From NCBI GenBank assembly GCA_032127155.1, contig JAQAZV010000260.1, forward strand, positions 1 through 34,384: 34,384 nt of DNA, in the 5' to 3' direction. The notes beneath the pieces were generated by a model. It was given only the letters and a program-made list of their open reading frames with translations. It was not told the DNA's origin and made no database searches. Numbering within the stretch: position 1 is the stretch's first letter; each line of letters starts with the position of its first letter. Position numbers and translations under genes: made by a program. Origin of the DNA: Acidimicrobiia bacterium (GTDB lineage Bacteria > Actinomycetota > Acidimicrobiia > Spongiisociales > UBA5794). This document shows, in pieces, positions 20,442 through 29,271 of this stretch.

Positions 20442-21653
20442 TCAGGCGAGATCCTGGATCAGGTCGACAACGCGGTCGACCTCGTCGATGGTGTTGTAGT
20501 GCACGAACCCGATCCGTACGAGGCCCTCTGGTCGGTTGAGCTTCCGCATCACCTCGTATGCGTAGTAGTCGCCCGACCATACGAAGCACCCCGCTTCACC
20601 AAGGATCGCCGCGACGTCACCGGGCGTACGGCCGTCGACATCGATGGCAAACGTCGGCGTCCGCCCGGTGGGCGTCGGTTGGCCGAAGAGGGTCACTCCC
20701 GGTGTTTCCGCGATGCGGGCGAGGAAGCGGTCGGAGAGCTGAGCCTCGTACTCGCGGATCGCACCGTATGCAGAGACGATGCGTTCACGTCGCGTAGCCC
20801 CCTTCCCGAGTGATGCGATGTAATCGACTGCGGCGGTCACGCCTGCCAACGACTCGAACGCCTGGGTTCCGGTCTCCCATCGATCGGGAGTGGTATCGGA
20901 GGCTGGCCGAAGCTTGTACGGCTGGAGGGAACCCAACAGGTCGTGTCTTCCGTAGAGACAGCCGGTGTGCGGACCGAACCACTTGTAGGCAGACGCTACG
21001 AGGAAGTCTGTTCCCGCTCGAACGACGTCCACGAGGCCGTGGGGCGTGAAATGAACGGCGTCCACATAGGTCAAGGCACCAGCAGCGTGTGAGATGTCGA
21101 CGATCTGGTCGATCGGAGTGATCGTTCCCACCGCATTGGATGCAAGTGTGCAGGCGACGAGGCGGGTGCGGGAATCCACGAGGGACTCGAGGGATTCAAC
21201 GTCCAGCCGACACCCCTCGCCAGGCTCGAAATCGACGAATCTGACCTCGGCGCCGCGATCTGCCGCCGCTTGCATCCATGGCGCGACGTTGGCGTCGTGA
21301 TCGAGGCGGGTGACGACGACGTTGTCCCCCGGTCCCCACGTCCGTGCAATGGCTCGGGAGACCGAGTAGGTGATCGAGGTCATGTTCTGACCGAATGCGA
21401 TCTCGCCAGGCGTGGCACCAAATAGATCGGCGACAGCCGATCTCGCCCCGTCGAGAACGGCATCGGTTTCGGCCGAAGATGCGAACGATCCGTGCAAATT
21501 GCTCCCCCCGCGCTCCATGAACCCTGTCATCGCTTCGATCACCGACGCGTGTGCCTGGGTTCCTCCTGGTCCGTCGAGGTAGGCCGCAGGCGAACTGCCA
21601 ACCGTGCGGGCAAGGGCGGGAAAGTTCGAACGGACGGCTGTGATATCGAGCAT
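20442..21653 (-). CDS. Cysteine desulfurase-like PLP enzyme (aminotransferase class V, VC1184-type)
   Basis: FPAL, YLDGPGGTQ, DHDANVAPW, ASNAVGT, VDAVH, SAYKWFGPH (PLP Lys), ETGT and VRIGFVHYNT. Confidence 0.9.
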   Translation of the reverse strand: MLDITAVRSNFPALARTVGSSPAAYLDGPGGTQAHASVIEAMTGFMERGGSNLHGSFASSAETDAVLDGARSAVADLFGATPGEIAFGQNMTSITYSVSRAIARTWGPGDNVVVTRLDHDANVAPWMQAAADRGAEVRFVDFEPGEGCRLDVESLESLVDSRTRLVACTLASNAVGTITPIDQIVDISHAAGALTYVDAVHFTPHGLVDVVRAGTDFLVASAYKWFGPHTGCLYGRHDLLGSLQPYKLRPASDTTPDRWETGTQAFESLAGVTAAVDYIASLGKGATRRERIVSAYGAIREYEAQLSDRFLARIAETPGVTLFGQPTPTGRTPTFAIDVDGRTPGDVAAILGEAGCFVWSGDYYAYEVMRKLNRPEGLVRIGFVHYNTIDEVDRVVDLIQDLA

Positions 21654-21739
21654 CCCACCACGCTACTGGGATCGGTACTTGTTGGGCTGCTGTGAGTCCC
21701 GCCGGTATGGTGGCCGGGATACAAAAGGAAGGAGTTTCC

Positions 21740-22435
21740 ATGTCATTTTGGGACAGACTCTTGGAGGAACTCAGGACGCTTGGCGAAACACTCGCCGAAT
21801 GGATCGTTCTGATTGCCATTGCGCTCGTGGTGTTGATCGTCGGTCGATGGGTGCTGCGTTGGGTTCGCACGATCATCCAGAAGTTCCTCGGAGCGAATTG
21901 GATGAAGGGTGTATGGGACCGGTCGGGAATCACTCGGGCGTTGGAACCATCCGGACAGACCGCAGCGTCGATCACCGCGACCATCGTCTATGCCTACCTG
22001 ATGGTGGCGCTCTGGCTCGTCGTGGTTCGGATCCTCCAGCTCGACACGATCGAGGATCTCCTCGTCCGCTTGCTTGCATGGCTCCCGCTATTGCTGCTCG
22101 CGGCCGTTGTCGTGATCATCGCAGCTGCCGTCGCAAGTTGGACAGCGGATCTCGTGCGCCCGTTTGCCCAGGCAAAGGGTGTCCCGTGGCTGACGTGGCT
22201 GATCCATATCGGCATCGTCCTGTTCGGCTTGCTGTTCGCGTTCGACATCCTCGACATCACGTTTGCCGAGGACATCGTCAAGATCGTCTTCGCTGCCATG
22301 GGCATCGCCCTGGCCGTCGCATTCGGTGTTGGGGGTATCGACGCTGCCAAGCAATGGTGGGCGAAGTACGGCACACCGGCGAAGGTCACCGGTGGCGGAT
22401 CATCTGCAGGCCAGGAGGGACGCTCCGACCACTGA
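21740..22435 (+). CDS. Integral membrane protein with conserved TM-helix repeats (CmpX / MscS-associated type)
   Basis: About 5 TM segments, LLAWLP.LLLA and ALAVAFGVGG. Strong AAGGAG RBS before ATG 21740. No MscS cytoplasmic domain. Confidence 0.75.
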   Translation: MSFWDRLLEELRTLGETLAEWIVLIAIALVVLIVGRWVLRWVRTIIQKFLGANWMKGVWDRSGITRALEPSGQTAASITATIVYAYLMVALWLVVVRILQLDTIEDLLVRLLAWLPLLLLAAVVVIIAAAVASWTADLVRPFAQAKGVPWLTWLIHIGIVLFGLLFAFDILDITFAEDIVKIVFAAMGIALAVAFGVGGIDAAKQWWAKYGTPAKVTGGGSSAGQEGRSDH

Positions 22436-22452
22436 GCGCTACCTGACGGAGA

Positions 22453-22485
22453 CGAGGGGGCCCCGGATCTTTCGGGGCCTCCTCG
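22453..22485. terminator. Intrinsic terminator-like hairpin between convergent genes
   Basis: CGAGGGGGCCCCG (22453-22465) pairs with CGGGGCCTCCTCG (22473-22485): 13 bp with one G-U, followed by CGTTT. Confidence 0.8.
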
Positions 22486-22534
22486 CGTTTGCGATGCCGT
22501 CACCCTCGGAACGCCTTGCCAACGGACTGAACGA

Positions 22535-23950
22535 TCAGGGCTGGGACGGTGGGCCAACGACTCCGGCCAGGGCGGCTCGTGCCGCGTGATAACCGGACAT
22601 GCCATGGACGCCGGCACCCGGTGGTGTTGCGGACGAGCACAGGTAGAGGCCCTCGCCAATGCGATAGGGCTTCGACGTCCCGAATTGGAGGGTGCGGCGT
22701 AGGGAAAAGGAGCCGCCTGCGATGTCACCTGCGACGTAGTTGGGGTTGTGCGACTCGTATGCGGCAGGGCCCATCGTGTGCCGGGCAAGGATCCGGTCCC
22801 GGAAACCTGGGGCAAATCGCTCGATCTGTCTCTCGATGGCATCCGTCATGTCGACCTGCGATCCAGCAGGGACATGGCAGTAGCCCCAGCCGGTCTGCCT
22901 CCCCGCCGGTGCCCTGGACGGATCAAAGAGGGACTGCTGCGTCACGATCACAAACGGACGGTCGGGGTGGTGACCTTGGTGGACGGAGGATTCGGACGAA
23001 GCGATCTCCTCGTACGTCCCACCGACATGGACTGTCCCAGACCGACCGCTCGCATCGTCTGACCATGGGATCGGCCCATCGAGAGCCCAGTCGACCTTGA
23101 AAACCCCAGGGCCGTTCGACCACCTCCGGAGGCGCTTGCGGGCGACGGGATCGATATGCGATCCACCGATTCGCAGAGCAGCCGGTGGCATCACGTCGAG
23201 GAGGGCAATGCGGGCGGGCGGGAGCTCATCGATCGATGCAACCAACCGACCGGTCTCGATCACGCCGCCCCCACCGACGATGATGGCCGCCATCTGGTCG
23301 GCGATCCGCTGCGAGCCTCCCTCCACCAGCGGCCAACCCCACGCATGGGCAGCGACTGCGAACATCTGCGCCACGGCCCCCGTGAAGGGAGCGGTGAATG
23401 GGGCAATGGCGTGCGCAGCGAGACCAGCGAGGAGCGCCTTGGCCTCCTCGCCTCTGAGCCCCGACGACATGACCGATGCGGGCGCGAGCCCTGGAAGCCC
23501 GAACCTCGCGAGTGTCACGGGGTACTGCGGTATGACCGAAAGCGGTCCGAGAACAGCCTGTGCGAGGTCGTCGGCACGGTCGACAAGTCCGCCGATGACA
23601 CGCCGATACCGTTGCTGGTCAGCCCCCAAGCCAGCGGCGGTCTCGTCGAGACTGCGACGAAGAGCAACGACGCGCCCGCCTGGAAGCGGATGGGTTGCGG
23701 GTATGTCCGGTTGGATCCATCCTGCGATGCCGTTCTCACGAAAGAAGGGTGAGGCAACGCCGAGCGGGTGCATCGCCGAGCACACGTCGTGAACGAAACC
23801 GGGAAGGGTCAGTTCCTCGGAGCGGGTTCCCCCACCAATCGCGGAGGCGCCCTCCACCACGAGTGCCCGGAGTCCTGCGTTCGTCAGCTCCACGGCAGCG
23901 GCGAGGCCGTTGGGGCCGGAACCGACGACGACTGCATCGAACGATGACAT
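22535..23950 (-). CDS. FAD/NAD(P)-dependent oxidoreductase, phytoene dehydrogenase-like (COG1233)
   Basis: VVVGSGPNGLAAA, GGGTRS, HDVCSAMHP, NPNYVAGDIAGG and YLCSSATPPGAGVHGMSG. Confidence 0.92.
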   Translation of the reverse strand: MSSFDAVVVGSGPNGLAAAVELTNAGLRALVVEGASAIGGGTRSEELTLPGFVHDVCSAMHPLGVASPFFRENGIAGWIQPDIPATHPLPGGRVVALRRSLDETAAGLGADQQRYRRVIGGLVDRADDLAQAVLGPLSVIPQYPVTLARFGLPGLAPASVMSSGLRGEEAKALLAGLAAHAIAPFTAPFTGAVAQMFAVAAHAWGWPLVEGGSQRIADQMAAIIVGGGGVIETGRLVASIDELPPARIALLDVMPPAALRIGGSHIDPVARKRLRRWSNGPGVFKVDWALDGPIPWSDDASGRSGTVHVGGTYEEIASSESSVHQGHHPDRPFVIVTQQSLFDPSRAPAGRQTGWGYCHVPAGSQVDMTDAIERQIERFAPGFRDRILARHTMGPAAYESHNPNYVAGDIAGGSFSLRRTLQFGTSKPYRIGEGLYLCSSATPPGAGVHGMSGYHAARAALAGVVGPPSQP

Positions 23951-23994
23951 CACGCTGATTCTGCCGCACGCAAGCGAACGAAGCGACGACCGCC

Positions 23995-24036
23995 ATCTCA
24001 GGGACCCGATCTCAGGGATCCGATCCCCGGATTCCG
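23995..24036. repeat. Short degenerate tandem repeat (3 x 14 nt) in a divergent intergenic region
   Basis: ATCTCAGGGACCCG ATCTCAGGGATCCG ATCCCCGGATTCCG. Confidence 0.55.
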
Positions 24037-24109
24037 CGAGGGGCTCGCCGGATCTCGAAGGAATGCGTCAGTCGTTGTCAACGGGGCCTTCGCTCGCCAT
24101 CATGGACGA

Positions 24110-25204
24110 GTGATCCAACGATCCCTTCAATTCCTGATGGACGGCACCCTCGTTGACAGCGACGCGGCCGAAGGATCGTGGACGTGGTTCGACCTCGAGA
24201 TCGATGATCCCGGCGCGACGGAACTCTTCGACATCGCGACGAGGCTCGAGCTCGATCCCCTCGCCATCCGGGATGCCATCGAAGAATACGACTTGCCGAA
24301 AGTCGATGACTTCGGTCACAACCTTCTCGTGGTCCTCCACGGACTCCGGGAGGACGTTGTCGACACCTATGAGGTGGACTGCTTCCTGACTGCCGACAGC
24401 CTCGTCACCGTGCATGGGCCGGGTACCCCCGCCCTCGAGGCCCTCTGGAACCAGGCACACCAGAGCACCCAGCTGGCGAGCGGTGGGCCTGACCATCTCC
24501 TCGCACGACTCGCCGATGTGCTCACGAGGAGACTGCTCGCGGTCATGGACCTGTTCGACGATCGGGTCGACGACCTCATCGGAATGGCACTCGCTGCGGA
24601 CCCTCGCCTGCTGGAGGAACTCACTGCCATCAGGACGGACGTCTCAGCGATCCGTCGCGTGGTCCATCCACAACGAGAGACGCTCGATCTCCTTCGGCAG
24701 GACACGACGCCGCTCGTCTCGAGTTCCGCAAGGCGCAGGTTCTCCGATGTCTTCGACGTCGCGAACCGGGCCGTGCAGGGGCTCGACAATGCACGCGGGG
24801 TGCTCGCCGAGACGCTGGATGCCTATCGCGGCGCTGAGGCGCGACGCGCAACCGACGTGACGAAGGTCCTCACGATCTACGCTGCGATCATGCTGCCTCT
24901 CTCGCTGGTGACCGGATTCTTCGGAATGAACTTCTCCAACCTGCCAGGCATCTCCAGTGGATCAGGGTGGATACTTGTGACCGTCGCCATGATCATCATC
25001 GCAACGGTGTCGCTCGGAATCTTCATCTCGGCCGGATGGATCAAACGTCCGTCAGGACGTCAGGCGGGCAGGACGCTCGGTCTTGGCCTGATCGAGGCAG
25101 CACGGGCACCCGTCCATGTCGGCGGTGCTGTGTACGAGATCACCACCATGCCACTTCGCGGATCTGTGTCCCACGGGACCCGGACCGAGCGTCACCACGA
25201 CTGA
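24110..25204 (+). CDS. corA: CorA family Mg2+/Co2+ transporter
   Basis: WFDL, LDPLAIRD, PKVD, KVLTI..LPLSLVTGFFGMNF (GMN signature) and two C-terminal TM helices. Confidence 0.9.
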   Translation: MIQRSLQFLMDGTLVDSDAAEGSWTWFDLEIDDPGATELFDIATRLELDPLAIRDAIEEYDLPKVDDFGHNLLVVLHGLREDVVDTYEVDCFLTADSLVTVHGPGTPALEALWNQAHQSTQLASGGPDHLLARLADVLTRRLLAVMDLFDDRVDDLIGMALAADPRLLEELTAIRTDVSAIRRVVHPQRETLDLLRQDTTPLVSSSARRRFSDVFDVANRAVQGLDNARGVLAETLDAYRGAEARRATDVTKVLTIYAAIMLPLSLVTGFFGMNFSNLPGISSGSGWILVTVAMIIIATVSLGIFISAGWIKRPSGRQAGRTLGLGLIEAARAPVHVGGAVYEITTMPLRGSVSHGTRTERHHD

Positions 25205-25233
25205 CGACACCAACCACAGGAAGAGCACCAACC

Positions 25234-27738
25234 GTGTCCTCGAAATCTGCGAATACTGACTCGCTGCCAACAGAGGATGTCGCTCGACCGAGGCGGCCCA
25301 CTGGGGCAAACCTCGGAACCTTTGCCGGCGTGTTCACGCCTTCGATCCTCACGATCCTCGGGATCATCCTCTTCCTGAGGACGGGATACGTCGTCGGCAA
25401 CGCGGGCCTCGCAGGTGCCCTGGTCATCATTGCCATGGCCACGGCGGTGTCCGTCCTCACCAGCATCTCCCTCGCCGCGATCGCAACCAACATCGACGTG
25501 CGGGGCGGTGGCGACTATTACCTCATCTCGCGGACGCTCGGTCTCGAGTTCGGCGGTGCCATTGGCATCGTCCTGTTCCTCGCACAGTCGATCTCGATCG
25601 CGTTCTACGCCATCGGCTTCGGTGAGGCAACGACCACAATGCTCGTCCTCGATTTTCCCTATGCGACACAACTCATTGCCGCCGCGGCGATCCTCCTTCT
25701 GTTCGCCTTCGCCTGGGCAGGTGCAGATGTGGCTTCGAAACTCCAGTTCGTCATCATGGGCCTCCTCGTAGCCGCCCTGATCTCGTTCTACATCGGGGCG
25801 TTCGAATCCTTCAGCACGGCGACCCTCTCGGACTCGTGGGCTCCGGCGGCCGGTGCCATCGGCTTCTGGGCGGCGTTCGCCATCTTCTTCCCTGCGGTGA
25901 CGGGATTCACCCAAGGGGTCAGCATGTCCGGCGACCTGAAGGACCCAAGTCGGAGCCTCCCCATCGGAACCTTCACGGCTGTCGGTCTGTCGACGGTGGT
26001 CTACGTTTCCGTTGTCGTCCTGCTGGCTGCCGGGGTGCCGATCTCCATCCTCGTCAATGACGACGGGACCGCCATGCGGGATCTGGCCCTCATCGGAGTA
26101 CTCGTCGGCATCGGTGTCGTCGCTGCCACACTCTCGTCAGCGATGGCCTCCTTGCTCGGAGCGCCCCGCATCTTCCAGTCGATGGCGTCAGATCGGGTCT
26201 TCCCACTGATCAGTGGATTCGCCAAGGGTCACGGCCCGTCGAACAACCCGCGGAGGGCCGTCCTGCTCAGTTTTGGCATAGCCCTCCTGACGATCGGCCT
26301 CGGGAGCGTCAACGTCATCGCCCCGGTCGTGTCGATGTTCTTCCTCATCTCGTATGGACTCATCAACTACGCAACCTTCTACGAGGCTCGCGCCGGGAGC
26401 CCATCGTTCCGCCCGAGGTTCCGATTCTTCAGCAAGTGGGCAAGCCTCGCCGGGGCGCTGCTGTGTGGAGCCGCCATGCTCGCCATCAATCCCATCGCAG
26501 GTGCTGCCTCGATCGTGGTGCTCTTCCTCATCTACCAGTACCTCGGACGCCGCGACATACCCGAGCGGTGGGCCGATGCAGGGCATTCGCACCACTTTCG
26601 CAGGGCCATCGACAGCGTCAGGGCGCTCGACAAGGAAATCGAGCACGCCAGGAACTGGCGCCCCCAGATCCTGGTGTTTTCCGCAGATGCCGGCAGACGG
26701 GCAAGGCTGCTCACGTTTGCGAAGTGGATCGAGGGTCACAGCGGTTTCACGGCTGCCTTCCGGATCGTCGTCGGTGAGGGGATCCGGAAGCGGATCGAGA
26801 CGGACACGCAGGAAGCCGAACTCGTCGAGGAGATCCAGGAGCTCGGCCTTGACGTGAGCGGGAGGGCCGTGCTCGCCGCAGACGGTCTCGATGCGCTGCC
26901 CGTCATCGTTCAGTCGTTCGGGCTCGGCCGCATCAAGGCCAACCTCGTCCTGTTCGGTTGGCCGGAGTCACCGAGGCCGGAGCAACTCGCCTCCTACGTT
27001 GGCGCCGTCAGGAACGTGGCAAGGCTTGGTGTCAGTGTGATGAGCCTCTCGACCGACGAGCTTCGGTGGGGAAGGCTCAAGGCGATCCGTCCCGAGAGCC
27101 GAAGAATCGACGTGTGGTGGGAGGACGACGACTCGGGTCGCCTCACTCTCATGGCGGCGTACCTGTGCACGCGCCATGACCAGTGGAGGAAAGCCAGCAT
27201 CAGGTTGATCTCAGGACAGACCGAGGACGAGGACCGCGCACCTGCCCTGCGGTCCATGCTCGAGCAAGCACGCATCGATGCCGAGGTCGTGACCATCACG
27301 GATCCGACACGGGACGTCATCGTGAGCTCCTGCTCGGATGCTGCGCTTGTGCTGATCCCCATGCGCCTGCGTCAGGGCGAGATCAAGGATCCGATGGGTG
27401 GAGACATGGTCGAGCTCGCGTCCCGACTACCGATGACCGCGGCCCTGCACGCAGGCGCGCCGATCCTCCTCAACACCGACCCGGAGAGTGGCCTCGCCGA
27501 GCAGATCGCCGATGCGGAGGAAGCGTTGGACGAGGCGAGGGACCGCCTCAGGAAGCTCGAAAGAAGCGCTGACACTGCCCAGGCTGAGATCGACCGCCTG
27601 TCGCGCGAGGATGATCCCGAAGCCCTTGTCGTGGCCGAGGACCGTCACGCCGCGATCTTGCGTCGTGTGGTCTCCGCGAAGTTGAGGGTCGAGCGGGCGC
27701 AGGCCGAGATCGAGACCCTGCTGGGGCAACCCCGCTGA
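25234..27738 (+). CDS. SLC12-like cation-chloride cotransporter (APC superfamily) with cytoplasmic C-terminal domain
   Basis: LGTFAGVFTPSILTILGIILFLR, GGGDYYLISRTLGLEFGGAIG, FAIFFPAVTG, MSGDLKDP, APRIFQ, FFLISYG..N, FRPRF and NWRPQIL. Start approximate. Confidence 0.88.
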   Translation: MSSKSANTDSLPTEDVARPRRPTGANLGTFAGVFTPSILTILGIILFLRTGYVVGNAGLAGALVIIAMATAVSVLTSISLAAIATNIDVRGGGDYYLISRTLGLEFGGAIGIVLFLAQSISIAFYAIGFGEATTTMLVLDFPYATQLIAAAAILLLFAFAWAGADVASKLQFVIMGLLVAALISFYIGAFESFSTATLSDSWAPAAGAIGFWAAFAIFFPAVTGFTQGVSMSGDLKDPSRSLPIGTFTAVGLSTVVYVSVVVLLAAGVPISILVNDDGTAMRDLALIGVLVGIGVVAATLSSAMASLLGAPRIFQSMASDRVFPLISGFAKGHGPSNNPRRAVLLSFGIALLTIGLGSVNVIAPVVSMFFLISYGLINYATFYEARAGSPSFRPRFRFFSKWASLAGALLCGAAMLAINPIAGAASIVVLFLIYQYLGRRDIPERWADAGHSHHFRRAIDSVRALDKEIEHARNWRPQILVFSADAGRRARLLTFAKWIEGHSGFTAAFRIVVGEGIRKRIETDTQEAELVEEIQELGLDVSGRAVLAADGLDALPVIVQSFGLGRIKANLVLFGWPESPRPEQLASYVGAVRNVARLGVSVMSLSTDELRWGRLKAIRPESRRIDVWWEDDDSGRLTLMAAYLCTRHDQWRKASIRLISGQTEDEDRAPALRSMLEQARIDAEVVTITDPTRDVIVSSCSDAALVLIPMRLRQGEIKDPMGGDMVELASRLPMTAALHAGAPILLNTDPESGLAEQIADAEEALDEARDRLRKLERSADTAQAEIDRLSREDDPEALVVAEDRHAAILRRVVSAKLRVERAQAEIETLLGQPR

Positions 27739-27756
27739 GGCTTGGAGTGGCGATCA

Positions 27757-27789
27757 TCGCCCTCGCCACCATCTCGGTGACGAGGGCGA
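27757..27789. terminator. Hairpin between convergent genes (probable terminator)
   Basis: TCGCCCTCGCCACC / GGTGACGAGGGCGA, 14 bp stem with one mismatch (G-U on the minus-strand RNA) and a 5 nt loop. No U tract. Confidence 0.65.
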
Positions 27790-27812
27790 ACCGTTTCGGG
27801 GTATCTACCTGG

Positions 27813-28418
27813 TCATCGACCGGGGAAGGCGGCCTCGAAGATCGCCGCCAGCTCGGGCGTCGATGGTCCGCTGTATCCGCAGTAGTTCACAACACCGTCC
27901 GTGGCGGTGACCAGGTACTGCTGGCCCTCCTGGAAGTCGATGCCACCAATCAGCGCCTCGAGGCCGTCGGGAGCAGTCACGACAACGGTGGCGGCATCTC
28001 CCTCGGTGAACCAGCGGTCGACGGTGAGGGTCACGACCTCACCTTCGATAGCAGTGACTGTGCCTTCGAACGCCACCTGCATGTCGACGAGGAACTCCAC
28101 AGACACCGGAAGGCACGACGCCATGGCGTCGCCGGGCCCGGCTGTTAGCTCCAGAGGTGGACCTGCGACAACATCGTCGGATGAGTTCGTCGCAATGATG
28201 GTGCCGCCGATGGCCACGGCGATGACCGCCACAGCTGCGACGGCCGCGTACCACGGCGTGCGTGAGCGCCGCTCAGGGGCCTGCGGCTGTTCGATGGTTG
28301 GGGTGGACATGATGGCCTCCATTCGGTGCCGCGACGATTCGCTCGTCACGGGTTCAGTTGGCACCTCGCGGGGCATCGGGTCAAGCTTCTTCAGTTGGGA
28401 TCGAAGATCGTCAGTCAT
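27813..28418 (-). CDS. Putative membrane anti-sigma factor with extracytoplasmic beta-rich (TIMP/NTR-like) domain
   Basis: Coupled to the ECF sigma by an ATGA overlap. Short N-terminal domain (DDLRSQLKKLDP), single TM (WYAAVAAVAVIAVAIGG), outer domain with two Cys. Confidence 0.7.
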   Translation of the reverse strand: MTDDLRSQLKKLDPMPREVPTEPVTSESSRHRMEAIMSTPTIEQPQAPERRSRTPWYAAVAAVAVIAVAIGGTIIATNSSDDVVAGPPLELTAGPGDAMASCLPVSVEFLVDMQVAFEGTVTAIEGEVVTLTVDRWFTEGDAATVVVTAPDGLEALIGGIDFQEGQQYLVTATDGVVNYCGYSGPSTPELAAIFEAAFPGR

Positions 28419-28966
28419 GGCCGATGCTCCTGGGTGTGTTCATCTGTTCCATGTCCGGCACTGCCCTCGTTCTGTCGGTCCAATTCGTCCGCCAGCTTCT
28501 TCTTCGCCCTTCCGAGCTTGAGGCTGACCGCATTGGCTGAGGTATCCAGCACGATGGCGATCTCTCGCGGCTCGAGTTCCTCCCATGCCCACAGCGTGAG
28601 CAGCTCGCGATCCGACTCGGGCAGGGCTGCCATCGCGTCGGCCAGGTGTGGGAACTCTTCCCGATCCATGGGGTCCCCGCTGATCGGGGTTGGTTCCATC
28701 GCTCCAGCCCTCGCGATCAGCTTGAGGTGGCGCGCATTGCTCCGACGCTTGTTCGCCAGCAGTCGACGTGCGACGCCGTAGCACCAAGGAAGGACAGCGT
28801 CGTTGGGAATGTCGTCGAGTCGGCGCCAGACGGTCAGCATGGTGTCGCCAAGCACATCATCGGCATCGTCGAAGGGTGCACGACGGCGGAGGTAGCGCTG
28901 CAAAGGCTCATAGACCTCGGCAGCGACCACCTCGAACCGGCGCTTTCGTTCCGATGGTGAGCTCAC
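28415..28966 (-). CDS. ECF-type RNA polymerase sigma-70 factor
   Basis: Region 2 ADDVLGDTMLTVWRR..WCYGVARR and region 4 LPESDRELLTLWAWEELEPREIA.VL..SANAV..KLGRA. 183 aa. Confidence 0.95.
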   Translation of the reverse strand: MSSPSERKRRFEVVAAEVYEPLQRYLRRRAPFDDADDVLGDTMLTVWRRLDDIPNDAVLPWCYGVARRLLANKRRSNARHLKLIARAGAMEPTPISGDPMDREEFPHLADAMAALPESDRELLTLWAWEELEPREIAIVLDTSANAVSLKLGRAKKKLADELDRQNEGSAGHGTDEHTQEHRP

Positions 28967-29031
28967 GACCTACCTGTGTCCGGCATACGGTCGATTCTGT
29001 CACGAAGGTGCGATTGCACCAGTGAATGTGT

Positions 29032-29271
29032 CTAGGCGCGTGCTCTCACAGCGCGGACACCTGGGGGCCCCGCGGCAAATCGGAGCTGTCCGACCGGGAG
29101 ACTGTGTGTAGTCCTCCCGGTTCGGACCAGAACCGACCAATCGCCGTGGATCGCTTCAACGCCGCGGAACTCGCCGGAGAGACTCCGGCCCCTGTTCGAC
29201 ACGACCTTGCAGGGCTGACCCATGATCAGGGCGTTGAGGAGGGATGGCCTGACGTTATCGATCGCGATCAC
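29032..29271 (-). CDS. Small protein, putative Sm/Hfq-like beta-barrel
   Basis: High GC3 in frame. GTG 29271 follows GAAGGG and overlaps the upstream gene (alternative ATG 29223). The pattern LLNAL..PCKVVSNRGRSLSGEFRGVE..SVLVRT..THSLPVGQLRFA fits a helix plus five strands. Confidence 0.5.
   Translation of the reverse strand: MIAIDNVRPSLLNALIMGQPCKVVSNRGRSLSGEFRGVEAIHGDWSVLVRTGRTTHSLPVGQLRFAAGPPGVRAVRARA

Noticed and set aside
22535-23950. Carotenoid cluster / crtI
   Set aside because: No crtB/E/Y nearby. The motifs match the generic COG1233 oxidoreductase subgroup.
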